A stretch of 64,000 bases of DNA from an uncultured cyanobacterium (GCA_963793265.1 CAWBZI010000005.1:160001-224000), one strand, 5' to 3'. Numbered from the stretch's first letter, positions 17,841 through 28,869 are shown. Program-made: numbers and translations. The notes: a model not told the origin generated them from the sequence alone.

Positions 17841-18173
17841 ATGCGCTCTATTTACTCAGCTTTGCTTTTAACACCTCTGGCAGGTCTATTACTGGCAGCG
17901 ACCCCAGCCCCCGATAACCATGCATCGCAGCAGACAACTATTACAAGACTGGTGCTGCGCGACTATCAGGTAACCATTTCAGCCGGTGACAATGGGCGCG
18001 ATCGCTACGACATCTATACTCAAAACGGGCATCCCTTAGACACTAACCTAGACGCCTCAGCGCTTCAGGCCAACTATCCAGCGCTTTATGATAGCCTTCG
18101 TCCGGCAGTAGCCCGCGATACTGAGCCTTTAGATCGAATGTTCTTGATGATGGAAAACATTGATTTTCAGTAA
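17841..18173 (+). CDS. Small secreted hypothetical protein
   Basis: N-terminal signal peptide; GAGG RBS. Confidence 0.65.
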   Translation: MRSIYSALLLTPLAGLLLAATPAPDNHASQQTTITRLVLRDYQVTISAGDNGRDRYDIYTQNGHPLDTNLDASALQANYPALYDSLRPAVARDTEPLDRMFLMMENIDFQ

Positions 18174-18197
18174 AACATTTTGAGCATAGAAGAAGTC

Positions 18198-19394
18198 TTA
18201 TATCGGCTTCGTGTCTCGCGGTTGCCTGTAGCGCAGCCATAAAACAACAGCCAGGCTCAGCAGCACCAGCGGCCAGCTTACCTGATTGAGAACTTCCCAA
18301 TCGAACCGATAGAACACACGACCTGAGAGGAAGGTCGCTAAGGCCACAAAGCTAAACACGGTAAAATCGTGCGCCGCCTGAACTTTGGCCTTTTCGGGCG
18401 GTAGATAAGTTTCAGTTAGCAGCGTAGTAGAGCCCACGTACATGAAGTTCCAGCCGAGGCCCAGCAGCAGGAGCGCTATGGCAAAGTGCCAGAAGCTAGT
18501 GCCTGCTAAGTTTAGGCCCACGCAGGCCAAGTTCAGAGCGGCCCCGGTGATCACGATTGTTAAAACGCCAAACCGTTTGATCAGCCAGCCAGTGAACAGC
18601 GACGGGCCAAACATGCCGAATACGTGCCACTGAATTACCGAAGCCGACTGCGCAAAGCTGTGGCTGTAACCTTCCATCGCCAGCGGTGTAGCGGTCATAA
18701 TGAAGGCCATTACGCCATAGCTAATCGTGCTGCCTAGCGTCGCGACTAAAAACTTTGGCTGTCGAACAATGATGCTCAAAGGCCGCAATGTCTCTTTTAC
18801 CTTACTTTTTACAGCGGGCGGCACCTGGAGAAACAACAGCAGCACCGAAGAGAGAATCTGTAGAACCAGCACGGCGACAAAAGCACCGATGTAAAGTTCG
18901 CTGTTAAACCAGTCTTTAGAGCCGGTGGCGACCCATGGGCCTAAAATAGCCGCGATAATGCCGCCTGCAATCACCCACGAAATTGCCTGCGAACGGAAGG
19001 CTTCGTCTGCAATGTCGGCAGCGGCAAAGCGGTAGTAGCCGACAAAGCTATTGGCGAGCCCGAGTACAACCATCGATAGCGTAAATAGCCAAAAGTGAGC
19101 GATGCTGAGGCTGTAGATGCTAAGGCTTGCGCCAATGATACCGAGCCCAGTACCGAGCAAAAAACCGCTGCGCCTGCCGATGCGCGCCATGAGCAGAGAG
19201 GCCGGGATAGTGGCGCTCATTGTAGCAACCTGCCTGAGTGCTAGCGGCATTGTGGCTAATGCTTTATCGGTTGCCAGGGCAAAGCCGACTAGCGCAGCGG
19301 TGGTAATCAATACGGTGTTAGTAGTCATCGCTAGCGCTTGGGCCAGTGCTAAAAGCGTGACCTGTGCTTTGGTGGCGGTCGTCGCGGCGGGCAT
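18198..19394 (-). CDS. MFS transporter
   Basis: About 12 TM helices; MARIGRR, YRFAAAD, QWHVFGMF.PS..TG, GLGWNF. Confidence 0.92.
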   Translation of the reverse strand: MPAATTATKAQVTLLALAQALAMTTNTVLITTAALVGFALATDKALATMPLALRQVATMSATIPASLLMARIGRRSGFLLGTGLGIIGASLSIYSLSIAHFWLFTLSMVVLGLANSFVGYYRFAAADIADEAFRSQAISWVIAGGIIAAILGPWVATGSKDWFNSELYIGAFVAVLVLQILSSVLLLFLQVPPAVKSKVKETLRPLSIIVRQPKFLVATLGSTISYGVMAFIMTATPLAMEGYSHSFAQSASVIQWHVFGMFGPSLFTGWLIKRFGVLTIVITGAALNLACVGLNLAGTSFWHFAIALLLLGLGWNFMYVGSTTLLTETYLPPEKAKVQAAHDFTVFSFVALATFLSGRVFYRFDWEVLNQVSWPLVLLSLAVVLWLRYRQPRDTKPI

Positions 19395-19483
19395 AGGTGA
19401 TGCTCAAGAAAGTTTGAGCTTAGCACCGTTACCTGACGCTGGTTATCGAAGTGATAGATACTCGCTGCCCAATAAAGGCATTA

Positions 19484-19645
19484 GGGAGCTGCGCTCAAAT
19501 AAAGTACCGGCAAACCGACAAATATTGCCCTGGGCATAGCGTGCTAAGCCCCTACGTCACCGTCAATTTCTGTAGGGGCTTAGCACTGCTATGCCCGAGG
19601 CAATGAACAGCGCTATCAGCGGTACTTTATTTAGACGCATGTCCC
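19484..19645. mobile_element. 162-bp MITE, copy 1 (TTA flanks; internal REP doublet)
   Basis: 26-bp imperfect TIRs GGGA..TGCG...AAATAAAGTACCG (21/26); TTA at 19481-19483 and 19646-19648; exact reverse complement of copy 2. Confidence 0.88.
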
Positions 19646-22513
19646 TTATAGCTGAGTCTCTATAAACTCTCGCAGTTGCTTGAGTTGAAACGCTTTCGCA
19701 AACTTCAGCAAGGGCTTGGTAAATCCAGCGCATTCTGGGTGGCTGCTTTGGATATCCTCAGCCTGCTTTACCAATTGATTTATCAGCCCCTTGCGGCTGA
19801 GGTCATGAAGCTTTTGAAGATCTTCTAGCGGCGGTAGAACAATCTCTGAAGGATCTGTTTGACTGCTTGAGGCATTGAGATTACCTGCTAGCTGAGAGGT
19901 TCCCGGCTGATCGCCCGCTCGCTCATAGCGCCATTCCAAGTTGAGTTGCTTTTTGATGGCTAAAAACAGACTGTCGGCCTGTACCGGCTTAGGAATGAAC
20001 TCATCTGCACCCGCGCTAAAACTCTTGTATTCATCGGCAGCAAAAACGCTCGCTGATGAAACAATAATAGGTACGCTCTTCAGTGGTGCTGGCAGTTCTC
20101 TAACATGCTTAATCATCTCGTAGCCGCCCATCACAGGCATAGCAATGTCGGTAATAATCAAATCTGGTGAATGGTCTTTGGCTTTTTGCAATCCTTCTTC
20201 GCCGTTGTGCGCCTCAATTACCCTAAAGCCGACAGGCTCTAGCAAATGGGTCACCACCGATCGGTTTTCCCAACGGTCGTCAACTACTAGCACAGTGCGC
20301 TCAGCCCCATCAAAGCCTACAATCGTCCCCTGGGGCGCGCTGATAGAAGAGGTCATCCAATCCCCGGCTTCGGTCGCGGTTATATCAAACCAGAACAGGC
20401 TACCCTGGTTAGGCTCGCTGCGTACTTCTAGCGTTGTATCCATCAAAGCGACGATTTTCGACGTAATTGCTAGCCCAAGCCCCGTGCCTTCTGATTGTTT
20501 ACGAGTATCGCCCACCTGCTCAAAGGGTAAAAAGATTTTCTCTATCTGCGCTTCTGACATGCCAATGCCAGTATCTTCAATCTGAAACCGCAGGTTATAA
20601 GAAACTGGCGACTCGGTTGGGTGATGCTGGCTACTACCGGCTAAGTGAGTGGCGGGTTGAGCTTTGACAATAAATTTTACGTGGCCTGCATCTGTAAACT
20701 TGATCGCGTTGCCTAAAAGGTTAATAAGCACCTGGCGCAATCGCTTTTCATCAGCATAGATACCCGTTGGCAGTATCCCATCGACTTCGTAAATGAAGTC
20801 AACCTGTTTTTGCTCTGCTTTAATCCTACAAATTTCAGCAATGCCCTGTAGAAAAGAAGAGAAATGAAACTCATTAGGATGAAGATCCATCTTTTGCGCT
20901 TCAATTTTAGAGAGATCAAGAATGTCGTTGATTAAGGTCAGCAGATGCGCCCCGCACTGGTTGATAATGCCAGCACCCTTTTGTTCTTTTTCAGGAAGCT
21001 GCTTTGATCGCAGCAAAATTTGAGCGTATCCCAAGATTCCGTTTAACGGTGTGCGCAGCTCGTGGCTCATGTTTGCTAAGAAGTCACTTTTAGCGCTATT
21101 GGCAACTTCAGCAAGTTCTTTCGCTTCTTTAAGCTCAGCAGTGCGCTGTTCTACACGAATCTCTAGCGCTTCGTTACTATCAGCAAGCGCTGTAAAAGAC
21201 TCTCGTAGCTGCTGAGCCATCCGATTAAAGGCAGAAGAGAGTACGTTTAGCTCACTAACCGCAGAACTTTTTACGGTTTGATTGAGGTTGCCGCTGGCAA
21301 TAGATTCTGAGGCTTCGCTGAGCTGGCGAATGGGCTGGGAGATCCAGCGGGAGGTGAGATAGCCCAAGATGAGCGCGATCGCTAAAGACATCAGGCACAA
21401 AACAATCGTCGTTCGCGTGTTTTTGTTGATTTGGCCCATAAAGTCTGACTCTGGCACCACGACCACAACCAGCCAGTCTAACCCTGTACCCTCGCCCCAG
21501 GGCATTACCTGCAAAAACTGACGCTCACCATCAAGCCTAAACGTAAGCTGCTCGGACGACTGAATATCACCCAGTCCACCAAAATTCTCAACAAGCTGAT
21601 CGACAGCGGCCCGCGCTATTGAGCTGTCTATTTCTGAAACGTGAAGCCTGACAGGCAGATCGTCAACAATATCGAAGGGCTGGTGTTTGCCTGAGCTGGC
21701 AACGAGCATACCATCTCGCTCCATCACAAAGGTGCGGCTGTTGGGGCTGATGCGTAAGTCTCTTAAAAAGTCGCTGATTTGGAGTAAAAGCTGCTCGACG
21801 CCGATGGCACCGATGAGCTGACCGTCAGCGTCATAAATCGGGCTGGCGTAGGCGATCGCGAGCGGAAAAGGGTTAATTTCCCAGCTATATACCGAACTCC
21901 ACACGGGCTTTTTGGCTGCGATCGCCTCTGGATACCAGCTCTCCGATTGAAAGTCATAAACATCAGGATCAAAGGCGAGCTTCGTTCGATTCCCCTCACT
22001 GTCCGACTTGTAGGCATACTGATTATTGTTGCCGCGCTTTGCCGGGGCAATCTCACTGATAACCACGCTATCCACGCTAGGGTCGTAGCCCGAGTCAGCA
22101 TAGTATCCAGACTCAGTGCCAAACATCACAAAGCCAACGTCATGCACCTGTCTGTTTTGCCAGAACAAATCGCCTAGCTGCCCGACCTCCTCAGGATTCA
22201 ACAGCCCCATGCGAAACAAGTTAACGTTGTTCTGCACGATTTTAGCAGGCGCAGACATATAGCCGTCGAGGTGCAGCGAGATTCGTTTGCTCGCTTCTTC
22301 TTCTAGCTGAGCTGCCAAATCTTCGACCGCCTCGCGACCGTTGCGTAAGGATAAGTATCCGGTAATCCCGACGGCTGCAAATATTTGGATGGCAAACGGA
22401 ACGACTAAAATCAGCCTTAGCGGTAGCGCTCTACGGCCACCATCAGGCTGCCGCCCGTGCAAGCTTTGTTTTTGAGCTTCAAGCGGCCTGTCGGAAATAT
22501 GAGACTGTTTCAT
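19646..22513 (-). CDS. Hybrid sensor histidine kinase (TM-Cache-TM-HAMP-HisKA-HATPase-REC)
   Basis: ESWYPEA...WSSVY Cache-like region, [36 protein letters not shown]...TDIAMP. Confidence 0.93.
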   Translation of the reverse strand: MKQSHISDRPLEAQKQSLHGRQPDGGRRALPLRLILVVPFAIQIFAAVGITGYLSLRNGREAVEDLAAQLEEEASKRISLHLDGYMSAPAKIVQNNVNLFRMGLLNPEEVGQLGDLFWQNRQVHDVGFVMFGTESGYYADSGYDPSVDSVVISEIAPAKRGNNNQYAYKSDSEGNRTKLAFDPDVYDFQSESWYPEAIAAKKPVWSSVYSWEINPFPLAIAYASPIYDADGQLIGAIGVEQLLLQISDFLRDLRISPNSRTFVMERDGMLVASSGKHQPFDIVDDLPVRLHVSEIDSSIARAAVDQLVENFGGLGDIQSSEQLTFRLDGERQFLQVMPWGEGTGLDWLVVVVVPESDFMGQINKNTRTTIVLCLMSLAIALILGYLTSRWISQPIRQLSEASESIASGNLNQTVKSSAVSELNVLSSAFNRMAQQLRESFTALADSNEALEIRVEQRTAELKEAKELAEVANSAKSDFLANMSHELRTPLNGILGYAQILLRSKQLPEKEQKGAGIINQCGAHLLTLINDILDLSKIEAQKMDLHPNEFHFSSFLQGIAEICRIKAEQKQVDFIYEVDGILPTGIYADEKRLRQVLINLLGNAIKFTDAGHVKFIVKAQPATHLAGSSQHHPTESPVSYNLRFQIEDTGIGMSEAQIEKIFLPFEQVGDTRKQSEGTGLGLAITSKIVALMDTTLEVRSEPNQGSLFWFDITATEAGDWMTSSISAPQGTIVGFDGAERTVLVVDDRWENRSVVTHLLEPVGFRVIEAHNGEEGLQKAKDHSPDLIITDIAMPVMGGYEMIKHVRELPAPLKSVPIIVSSASVFAADEYKSFSAGADEFIPKPVQADSLFLAIKKQLNLEWRYERAGDQPGTSQLAGNLNASSSQTDPSEIVLPPLEDLQKLHDLSRKGLINQLVKQAEDIQSSHPECAGFTKPLLKFAKAFQLKQLREFIETQL

Positions 22514-22566
22514 TTTAATTCTGGACTGTCGTATTTGAGCGCGAGACTGCTGTTTTTAAGCCTGTT

Positions 22567-23160
22567 TTAAGCCCGAACACCTGGCACTTTGATCCGCTTT
22601 CTTAAGATGAGCACCATCATAGTTGAGGCCAAAGCAAATAGATAAAACGGGTAGGGAATAGATGCTAGGTTCCAGTCACCAGAAAATAGAATAGTGACAA
22701 AGTTCAGCGTATTTCCCGTCCAGAAAACGGCCCACGAAAGGACATCTTCGGTATCAGGTTCAAGGTAAGTTTTGCGAATAGTCGGCAGCGCGCCCGTAGC
22801 ATCAATCACTAAGTTAATAGTGAGCGCTAGAATCGGACTGTTGGTAAGCTGCCACAGAATGAGACTAACAAAGGAGATAATGAGGCAGGCAATATCGAAC
22901 TTTTCTAAGGCGTCTGCTTTGCCATACTTAAAAGAGAGTATGCCAATAATAGAGGGGCCAATAGCGTAGGTGAGCATCAGCCAAAAGGTTTCGTGCTCTC
23001 CGGCGGCAAAATAGCTGGCAAAAGCCGCCCAGCCAACGACGCTCCAAATCCACCAGGTTGCCGGATTGGGCGTTGTTTTTCGTTTGACAATAGCGAGGAT
23101 GTAAGGGATGTAGCCTAAAAGGCCGATGATGCCTGCGATTTTAGCGAGTTCGGCAATCAT
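22567..23160 (-). CDS. Membrane protein, PQ-loop/SWEET-like tandem fold
   Basis: Two related halves, YIPYILAIVKRKTTP..ATW and ALPTIRKTYLEP..E...SW; ATGA overlap with the reductase ORF. Confidence 0.65.
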   Translation of the reverse strand: MIAELAKIAGIIGLLGYIPYILAIVKRKTTPNPATWWIWSVVGWAAFASYFAAGEHETFWLMLTYAIGPSIIGILSFKYGKADALEKFDIACLIISFVSLILWQLTNSPILALTINLVIDATGALPTIRKTYLEPDTEDVLSWAVFWTGNTLNFVTILFSGDWNLASIPYPFYLFALASTMMVLILRKRIKVPGVRA

Positions 23161-24296
23161 AGTGCGTGAGGGGTGTGAATGAGCTGAGAATGATGAGCGG
23201 CGGCTTTAGGAATAAAGCCCTTTTGAACAAAGTAGTTGAGATAGGTGCTAAGCAGCTGACGATCGGCGGGCGGGCATTTGATAAGCTCGCCTTTGAGTCC
23301 GCGCTCTGTATTAGCACAGTCAAAGACGTAGTGGCCGCCTAGCCATAGCTCTAAGCAGGTTTGTTGTTCTTCTGGGCTGGCCTTGGCTGTAAAAGCCGCT
23401 AAGGTGCTTAGCTCGTTGGGCTGCGTGTAGAGCTGGTTTAGCCAGTCGGAATAGTTTGTGGGCGCGATCGCATAGCCCCTAGCCTGCAAGGTTGCCACCA
23501 GCTCCTTTAAATCAATAGGCTGAGGATTAACGATGTGAAACACCTTGCCAATCGCCTCAGGCTGATAGGAGAGTCGAGCGATCGCCTTGCTCACATAGTC
23601 CACAGGGGTCATATCTACCCGCATTGCCAAATCAGGCGCTGCCTGGAGCTGAATCAGGCTTTTGATAAAGCGGCACAGCACATCATTAGTATTAGAGTCT
23701 CCTTGTTGGCTATGCCCGGTCACCATCCCCGGACGATACAGACAAACCGGCAGTCCTTTTGCCGCTGCTTTCATCACTAGCTTCTCAGCGATCCATTTGC
23801 TTTGGGCATAGCCGCCCGAAATTCCATCTCCCTGCGCAATGCTGTCATTTTCATAAAAGACATCCGTGCCCATTCTGGCCAGAGACTCGAAAACATCCAG
23901 GGTAGAAATATGATGAAGCACCTTGAATCTACCCGTGGTTGCAAGCTGAATGACAGATTGGGTACCGCCGACATTAGCGCCTTTAAGAGCGGTGTAAGGA
24001 TAAAACATATTGACGTTAGCGCCGCTGTGATAGATAGCGCTAACCGATTGGGCAATCAGTTGAAACTGGGCCTCATCCATGCCCAAAAGCGGCCTGGTCA
24101 AATCTCCCATTACCGGCACAATGCGATCGTAGGCAATCTCGGCGGGCGGCAAATACTTCTCTAAAGAAGTTCGTAGCTTCTGCTGAGCTTCTACCGCGTT
24201 GTGGGCTCGAATAAGACAGTAAATTTTAGCGGTAGCGGACTGTTGTAAAAGCGCCTGTAGCAGAAAAGCCCCCAGAAATCCGGTTGCGCCTGTCAT
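23157..24296 (-). CDS. NRPS terminal thioester-reductase (R) domain, distal part of a frameshifted gene
   Basis: TGATGFLG, GDL..P.LG, GYAQSKW.AE, YRPG; frame stays open upstream to 24401. Confidence 0.88.
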   Translation of the reverse strand: MTGATGFLGAFLLQALLQQSATAKIYCLIRAHNAVEAQQKLRTSLEKYLPPAEIAYDRIVPVMGDLTRPLLGMDEAQFQLIAQSVSAIYHSGANVNMFYPYTALKGANVGGTQSVIQLATTGRFKVLHHISTLDVFESLARMGTDVFYENDSIAQGDGISGGYAQSKWIAEKLVMKAAAKGLPVCLYRPGMVTGHSQQGDSNTNDVLCRFIKSLIQLQAAPDLAMRVDMTPVDYVSKAIARLSYQPEAIGKVFHIVNPQPIDLKELVATLQARGYAIAPTNYSDWLNQLYTQPNELSTLAAFTAKASPEEQQTCLELWLGGHYVFDCANTERGLKGELIKCPPADRQLLSTYLNYFVQKGFIPKAAAHHSQLIHTPHAL

Positions 24297-24369
24297 AAAG
24301 ATGCCGTTTGGCGCTGTGCTTCTATCTGCGATCGCCTGCCTCTGCCAGCAGTTTACAGCAGTCCAACAG

Positions 24370-26268
24370 TCAGCCGCTTCCTGCTGTAGCTGCAGGTAGG
24401 CTCATATGCTCGCTTAAGCGGTGCCGATCGGTTTTGGTTTGGCCTACCAGCATCGCCATACTCGCCACCGATGGCATCGCCAAAAAGTCTTTGAGCGGGA
24501 TGCTGAGGCTGTGGTTTTTCTCAACGTAGGAGATTAGCTCCATAGTTTGCAGCGAATTGCCGCCTAGCTCAAAGAAATTGTCATTGACGCCAACTTTAAC
24601 AACGCCTGTGACCTTAGCCCACAGGGCTGCTAGCTCAGCTTCAAGCGGCGTACGCGGGGCAACATAAGCTTCTGCGAGGGCCGGACGCTCTAGCGTCGGG
24701 GCAGGCAAAGCTCTCTTATCTACTTTACCGTTGGCACTCAGCGGCAGGGTATCTAGCAGCATAAAAGCAGCAGGTACCATGTAGCCAGGAAGCTTGCCCT
24801 GAATGTGGGCACGCAGGCTAGGAATTTCGCCAGAAATAAGCTGAGGTAGCGTCTGCTCGGATCGAATCTTTTCATTGAGCACAACATAGGCCACCAGGCG
24901 CTTGTCACCGGGGATGTCTTCTCTGGCTAGCACAATCGCCTGTCGAACCTTGGCATGTTGTTCTAGTACGGTTTCAATTTCGCTCAGCTCTATGCGAAAG
25001 CCGCGAATCTTCTCCTGCTTATCAGCTCGACCGAGAAATTCTAGATGTCCATCGTCTCTTTGCTGTACGCGATCGCCCGTTTTATAAAGCCGAATGCTGC
25101 CTTTATCTTGAACTGAAATACAAGGATAGCTCTCAGCCGTTAGCTCAGGCCGATTGAAATATCCCCGTGCGAGCCCCTTGCCGCCAATATAAAGCTCGCC
25201 AATCAATCCGGCTAAGACGGGCTGACGCTGTTCGTCTAAAACATAAACTTGAACATTGTTGAGCGGTTTGCCAATCGGCAGAATCCGATTTTTGTGCGTC
25301 TCTACAGCATAGGGGCCAGCCAAATCGCATAGGGTTGTTACCACGGTGGCTTCTGTTGGGCCGTAGGTGTTCACTAGCCGAACGTGAGGCGGGGCATGTT
25401 GTTTCCACAGGTTGAGCCACTGGGGCACGGCGCGTTCGCCACCGATAATGACCAGACGGAGCGCGTCGGGAAACTCAGCGTCAGCCAGATCGGCGCAGAG
25501 CTTATGCCAGAAGGCAGTAGGCAAGTCAATCACCGAGATTTCCCAGCGCTGGCAGGTCTGTAAAAAAGCTGAGGTAGAGCGCAGCATTTCGGGCGATCGC
25601 AGCACCAGCGTAGCCCCGTGAGTCAGCGTGGCAAAAATCTCTTCGACTGAAATATCGAAGCTAATAGAGGCAAACTGTAGGACGCGATCGGCAGGCGATA
25701 GCTGATAGGTAGCACCCACCGACTGCACAAAGTTTATAAGCGCCGGGTGTTCAATCATCACACCTTTAGGCTTGCCAGTAGAGCCGGAGGTGTAGATAAC
25801 ATAGGCAAGCTGAGCGTCTAGTAAAACATCCAGATTCTCATCCGTTTGTTGGCCAATGATGTCTCCATCTGTCTCTATACAAACCACATCAGTAATTGTA
25901 TTGAACAGATTTTTGGTACGCACGCTATCTGCGATTAGCACCGGCACCTGCGCCTCTGCAACAATCAGATCGATCCGCTCCTGCGGATAGTCGGGGTCGA
26001 TAGGAACGTAGGCACCGCCTGCTTTGAGTACAGCAATCAGGGCGATCACCATTTGGGGCGATCGCGCCATACAAACGCCCACCAAGGTTTCTGAGCGAAC
26101 GCCCTTCTGTTGTAGATAGCGAGCGAGCTGATTAGCCTGCGCGTTTAGCTGCTGGTAGCTGTAGTGTTGGTCTTGATAAATGAGTGCGATCGCTTCAGGG
26201 GTTGCAGCTACCTGCTGCTCAATCCACAGGTGAATGCATAGATGCTGATTGCCTTCTGATGAAGTCAT
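24370..26268 (-). CDS. NRPS-like adenylation + PCP didomain, proximal part of a frameshifted A-T-R gene
   Basis: AYVIYTSGSTGKPKG, NTYGPTE, YKTGD, KIRGFRIEL, NGKVD; PCP FFELGGNSL; no condensation domain. Confidence 0.92.
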   Translation of the reverse strand: MTSSEGNQHLCIHLWIEQQVAATPEAIALIYQDQHYSYQQLNAQANQLARYLQQKGVRSETLVGVCMARSPQMVIALIAVLKAGGAYVPIDPDYPQERIDLIVAEAQVPVLIADSVRTKNLFNTITDVVCIETDGDIIGQQTDENLDVLLDAQLAYVIYTSGSTGKPKGVMIEHPALINFVQSVGATYQLSPADRVLQFASISFDISVEEIFATLTHGATLVLRSPEMLRSTSAFLQTCQRWEISVIDLPTAFWHKLCADLADAEFPDALRLVIIGGERAVPQWLNLWKQHAPPHVRLVNTYGPTEATVVTTLCDLAGPYAVETHKNRILPIGKPLNNVQVYVLDEQRQPVLAGLIGELYIGGKGLARGYFNRPELTAESYPCISVQDKGSIRLYKTGDRVQQRDDGHLEFLGRADKQEKIRGFRIELSEIETVLEQHAKVRQAIVLAREDIPGDKRLVAYVVLNEKIRSEQTLPQLISGEIPSLRAHIQGKLPGYMVPAAFMLLDTLPLSANGKVDKRALPAPTLERPALAEAYVAPRTPLEAELAALWAKVTGVVKVGVNDNFFELGGNSLQTMELISYVEKNHSLSIPLKDFLAMPSVASMAMLVGQTKTDRHRLSEHMSLPAATAGSG

Positions 26269-26590
26269 GATTCCTGTGGTGAAGGTGAAAAACGCATACT
26301 TTGCGCACCTTTTGCACACCTATGGCGACAGTGTATGTCGATAGACAATCCATAAGGTTGATTGGGAGCAAGGTACTTTAAATACATTGCCCATCTCATA
26401 TCAACCTTTCAACATCAAAGAAAACCTGATGCCTCCTCTAGATTTATGCGTAAAATCAGCCTTATTACTTAATATCAGCTACCGATAAATAAAGATGATG
26501 CTGCTGGCAGATTCGGGAATATTTATACAAATACAGTTGATACGTCCTGAATTCTAGACATTCCAACCCTCCAGGTTAAAAGTAGGTTAC

Positions 26591-27943
26591 ATGCTCTCTT
26601 CTGCTGATACTCAAAGCATCTTAATTGTTGACGACAACCCGACAAACTTAGAAGTGCTCTCTGAGTCTTTGAGTGAGGAGGGCTTTCAAGTAGCGGTTGC
26701 TATAGATGGCGAAAGCGCACTAGAGCAGGTAAGCTATCATCCGCCCTCCTTAATTTTGCTAGATGTGATGATGCCAGGCATTGATGGCTTTGAAACCTGC
26801 GTTCGCCTTAAAGCCAACCCAGAGACTCAAGATATTCCAGTAATTTTTATGACAGCCCTATCCGATACTGATAAAAAGGTAAAAGGACTGTCATTAGGGG
26901 CCGTAGACTACATCACTAAGCCCTTTGAGTACGAAGAAGTCAGAGCGCGGGTGCGGGTGCATCTTAAGGTTGAAAACCTGACAAAAACGCTACAGCACCA
27001 AAACCAACAGTTAGAAATTCGCGTAGAACAACGGACGAAAGCGCTATCAGACGCTCTTAAAAAGCTTCAGCTCACTCAGGTTGAACTGATTCAGCGAGAA
27101 AAGCTATCGGCGCTTGGCCAGCTCGTGGCAGGCATTGCCCACGAAATCAACAATCCGATCAATTTTATCCATGGCAATATCGAACACGCTAGTAACTACA
27201 CTCATGACTTACTAGAGATAGTCAATCTCTATCAGCAGTCTTGCCCAGCGCTTTCGCCTGAGATTCAAGCGCAGATAGACGATATTGACGTAGATTTTTT
27301 ATCAGAAGATTTGCCCAAACTCATACGTTCAATGCAGGTCGGCACAGACCGCATTCGTAGCATTGTTTTGAGCTTGCGCATTTTCTCTCGGCTGGATGAA
27401 GCTGAAATTAAAGATGTGGATTTGCACGAAGGCATTGATAGCACCTTGATGATCTTAAATAGCCGACTAAAAGCACAGTCAACCCGAGCAGATATTTTAG
27501 TGGTTAAAGAATACGGCGACCTGCCGCAGGTGAAGTGCTATCCTGGCCAGCTCAATCAGGTTTTTATGAATATTTTAAGCAACGCGATTGATGCGCTAGA
27601 AGAGCAGTATGCAAAAAACAGCCTACGCGACGACACTGACAGTAGCTGGCATCCTGAGATTAAGATTCGAACAGAGCAGTGTGACGCTGAGAAGGTTAGC
27701 ATCCATATTGCGGATAACGGTATGGGCATTCCAGAGGCGCTGCAACAGAAGATTTTTGATCCTTTTTTCACAACAAAGGCAGTGGGCAAAGGAACCGGTT
27801 TGGGGATGTCTATTAGCCATGAAATTGTCACTGAAAAGCACCACGGAACGCTATCCGTCTGTACGCTATCTCCCCACGGAACTCAGTTCACAATCACAAT
27901 TCCAACTTTTCAGAATGGGCCAAAGCTGAACGCATTCAATTAA
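26591..27943 (+). CDS. Cytoplasmic hybrid kinase (REC-HisKA-HATPase)
   Basis: [42 protein letters not shown]. Confidence 0.93.
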   Translation: MLSSADTQSILIVDDNPTNLEVLSESLSEEGFQVAVAIDGESALEQVSYHPPSLILLDVMMPGIDGFETCVRLKANPETQDIPVIFMTALSDTDKKVKGLSLGAVDYITKPFEYEEVRARVRVHLKVENLTKTLQHQNQQLEIRVEQRTKALSDALKKLQLTQVELIQREKLSALGQLVAGIAHEINNPINFIHGNIEHASNYTHDLLEIVNLYQQSCPALSPEIQAQIDDIDVDFLSEDLPKLIRSMQVGTDRIRSIVLSLRIFSRLDEAEIKDVDLHEGIDSTLMILNSRLKAQSTRADILVVKEYGDLPQVKCYPGQLNQVFMNILSNAIDALEEQYAKNSLRDDTDSSWHPEIKIRTEQCDAEKVSIHIADNGMGIPEALQQKIFDPFFTTKAVGKGTGLGMSISHEIVTEKHHGTLSVCTLSPHGTQFTITIPTFQNGPKLNAFN

Positions 27944-27975
27944 GATGCGAGTCTACGCTAGTTTGACAAAACATC

Positions 27976-28863
27976 ATGGCACCATCAGCATTAAGCCGAC
28001 AGCAGCCTACTATGATTGGGTTTACGGCCATTTTGATGTGGGCGACATTGGGGCTACTGACCAAGCTAAGCGGGGAGATACCGCCCTTTCAGCTCACGGC
28101 CATGTCGTTTACGATCGCCTTTACAATCGGGATAGCGACTTGGATACGAAGTGGGGAGAATCCACTGCACTTGATAAAGCTGCCTAAGAGAGTTTGGGCT
28201 ACCGGAATTACCGGACTATTCGGCTATCATCTTTTTTACTTTGTTGCTTTGGCTAATGCGCCTGTCGTTGAGGCCGGATTGATTGCCTACTTGTGGCCTT
28301 TGTTGATTGTGTTGCTTTCTGCTTTGTTGCCGGGTGAGCGGCTGAGGTGGTTTCATGTGGTGGGTGCGATCGCTGGCTTCATCGGCGTGTCTCTATTGGT
28401 CACAAAAGGCCAGTCCTTAACTCTCGATCCTCAATACACCATAGGCTATGTAGCAGCCTTCTCCTGCGCCCTCATCTGGTCAATCTATTCAATCGTATCT
28501 CGTCAGTTCGGCACGATTTCAACCAGCGCAGTCGGTGGATTTTGTGGGGCAACAGCTATTCTCTCCTGGGTTTTCCACGTTCTGTTTGAAGCGACTGTTT
28601 GGCCTGTAGGCTGGCAGTGGGTGGCCGTTATCTGCTTAGGGCTTGGGCCAGTCGGGCTCGCCTTTTTCACCTGGGACTACGGCGTCAAGCATGGCAACAT
28701 CAAAGTGTTAGGGCTCCTTTCCTATCTCTCTCCTTTACTGTCCACTATCTTGCTTATTGTCTGTGGGCTTGCTGAATCTAGCTGGTTTGTGTGGTTGGGC
28801 TGTTTGCTCATAGTCGGCGGCGCACTGCTGGGCGTTCTAGATTTTTTTAAGTCAGATATTTAG
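27976..28863 (+). CDS. EamA/DMT exporter (YddG-like)
   Basis: GFTAILMWA, YLWPLLIV, GLGPVGLAFFTWD.G.K.G; about 10 TM helices. Confidence 0.9.
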   Translation: MAPSALSRQQPTMIGFTAILMWATLGLLTKLSGEIPPFQLTAMSFTIAFTIGIATWIRSGENPLHLIKLPKRVWATGITGLFGYHLFYFVALANAPVVEAGLIAYLWPLLIVLLSALLPGERLRWFHVVGAIAGFIGVSLLVTKGQSLTLDPQYTIGYVAAFSCALIWSIYSIVSRQFGTISTSAVGGFCGATAILSWVFHVLFEATVWPVGWQWVAVICLGLGPVGLAFFTWDYGVKHGNIKVLGLLSYLSPLLSTILLIVCGLAESSWFVWLGCLLIVGGALLGVLDFFKSDI

Positions 28864-28869
28864 AGCTAA

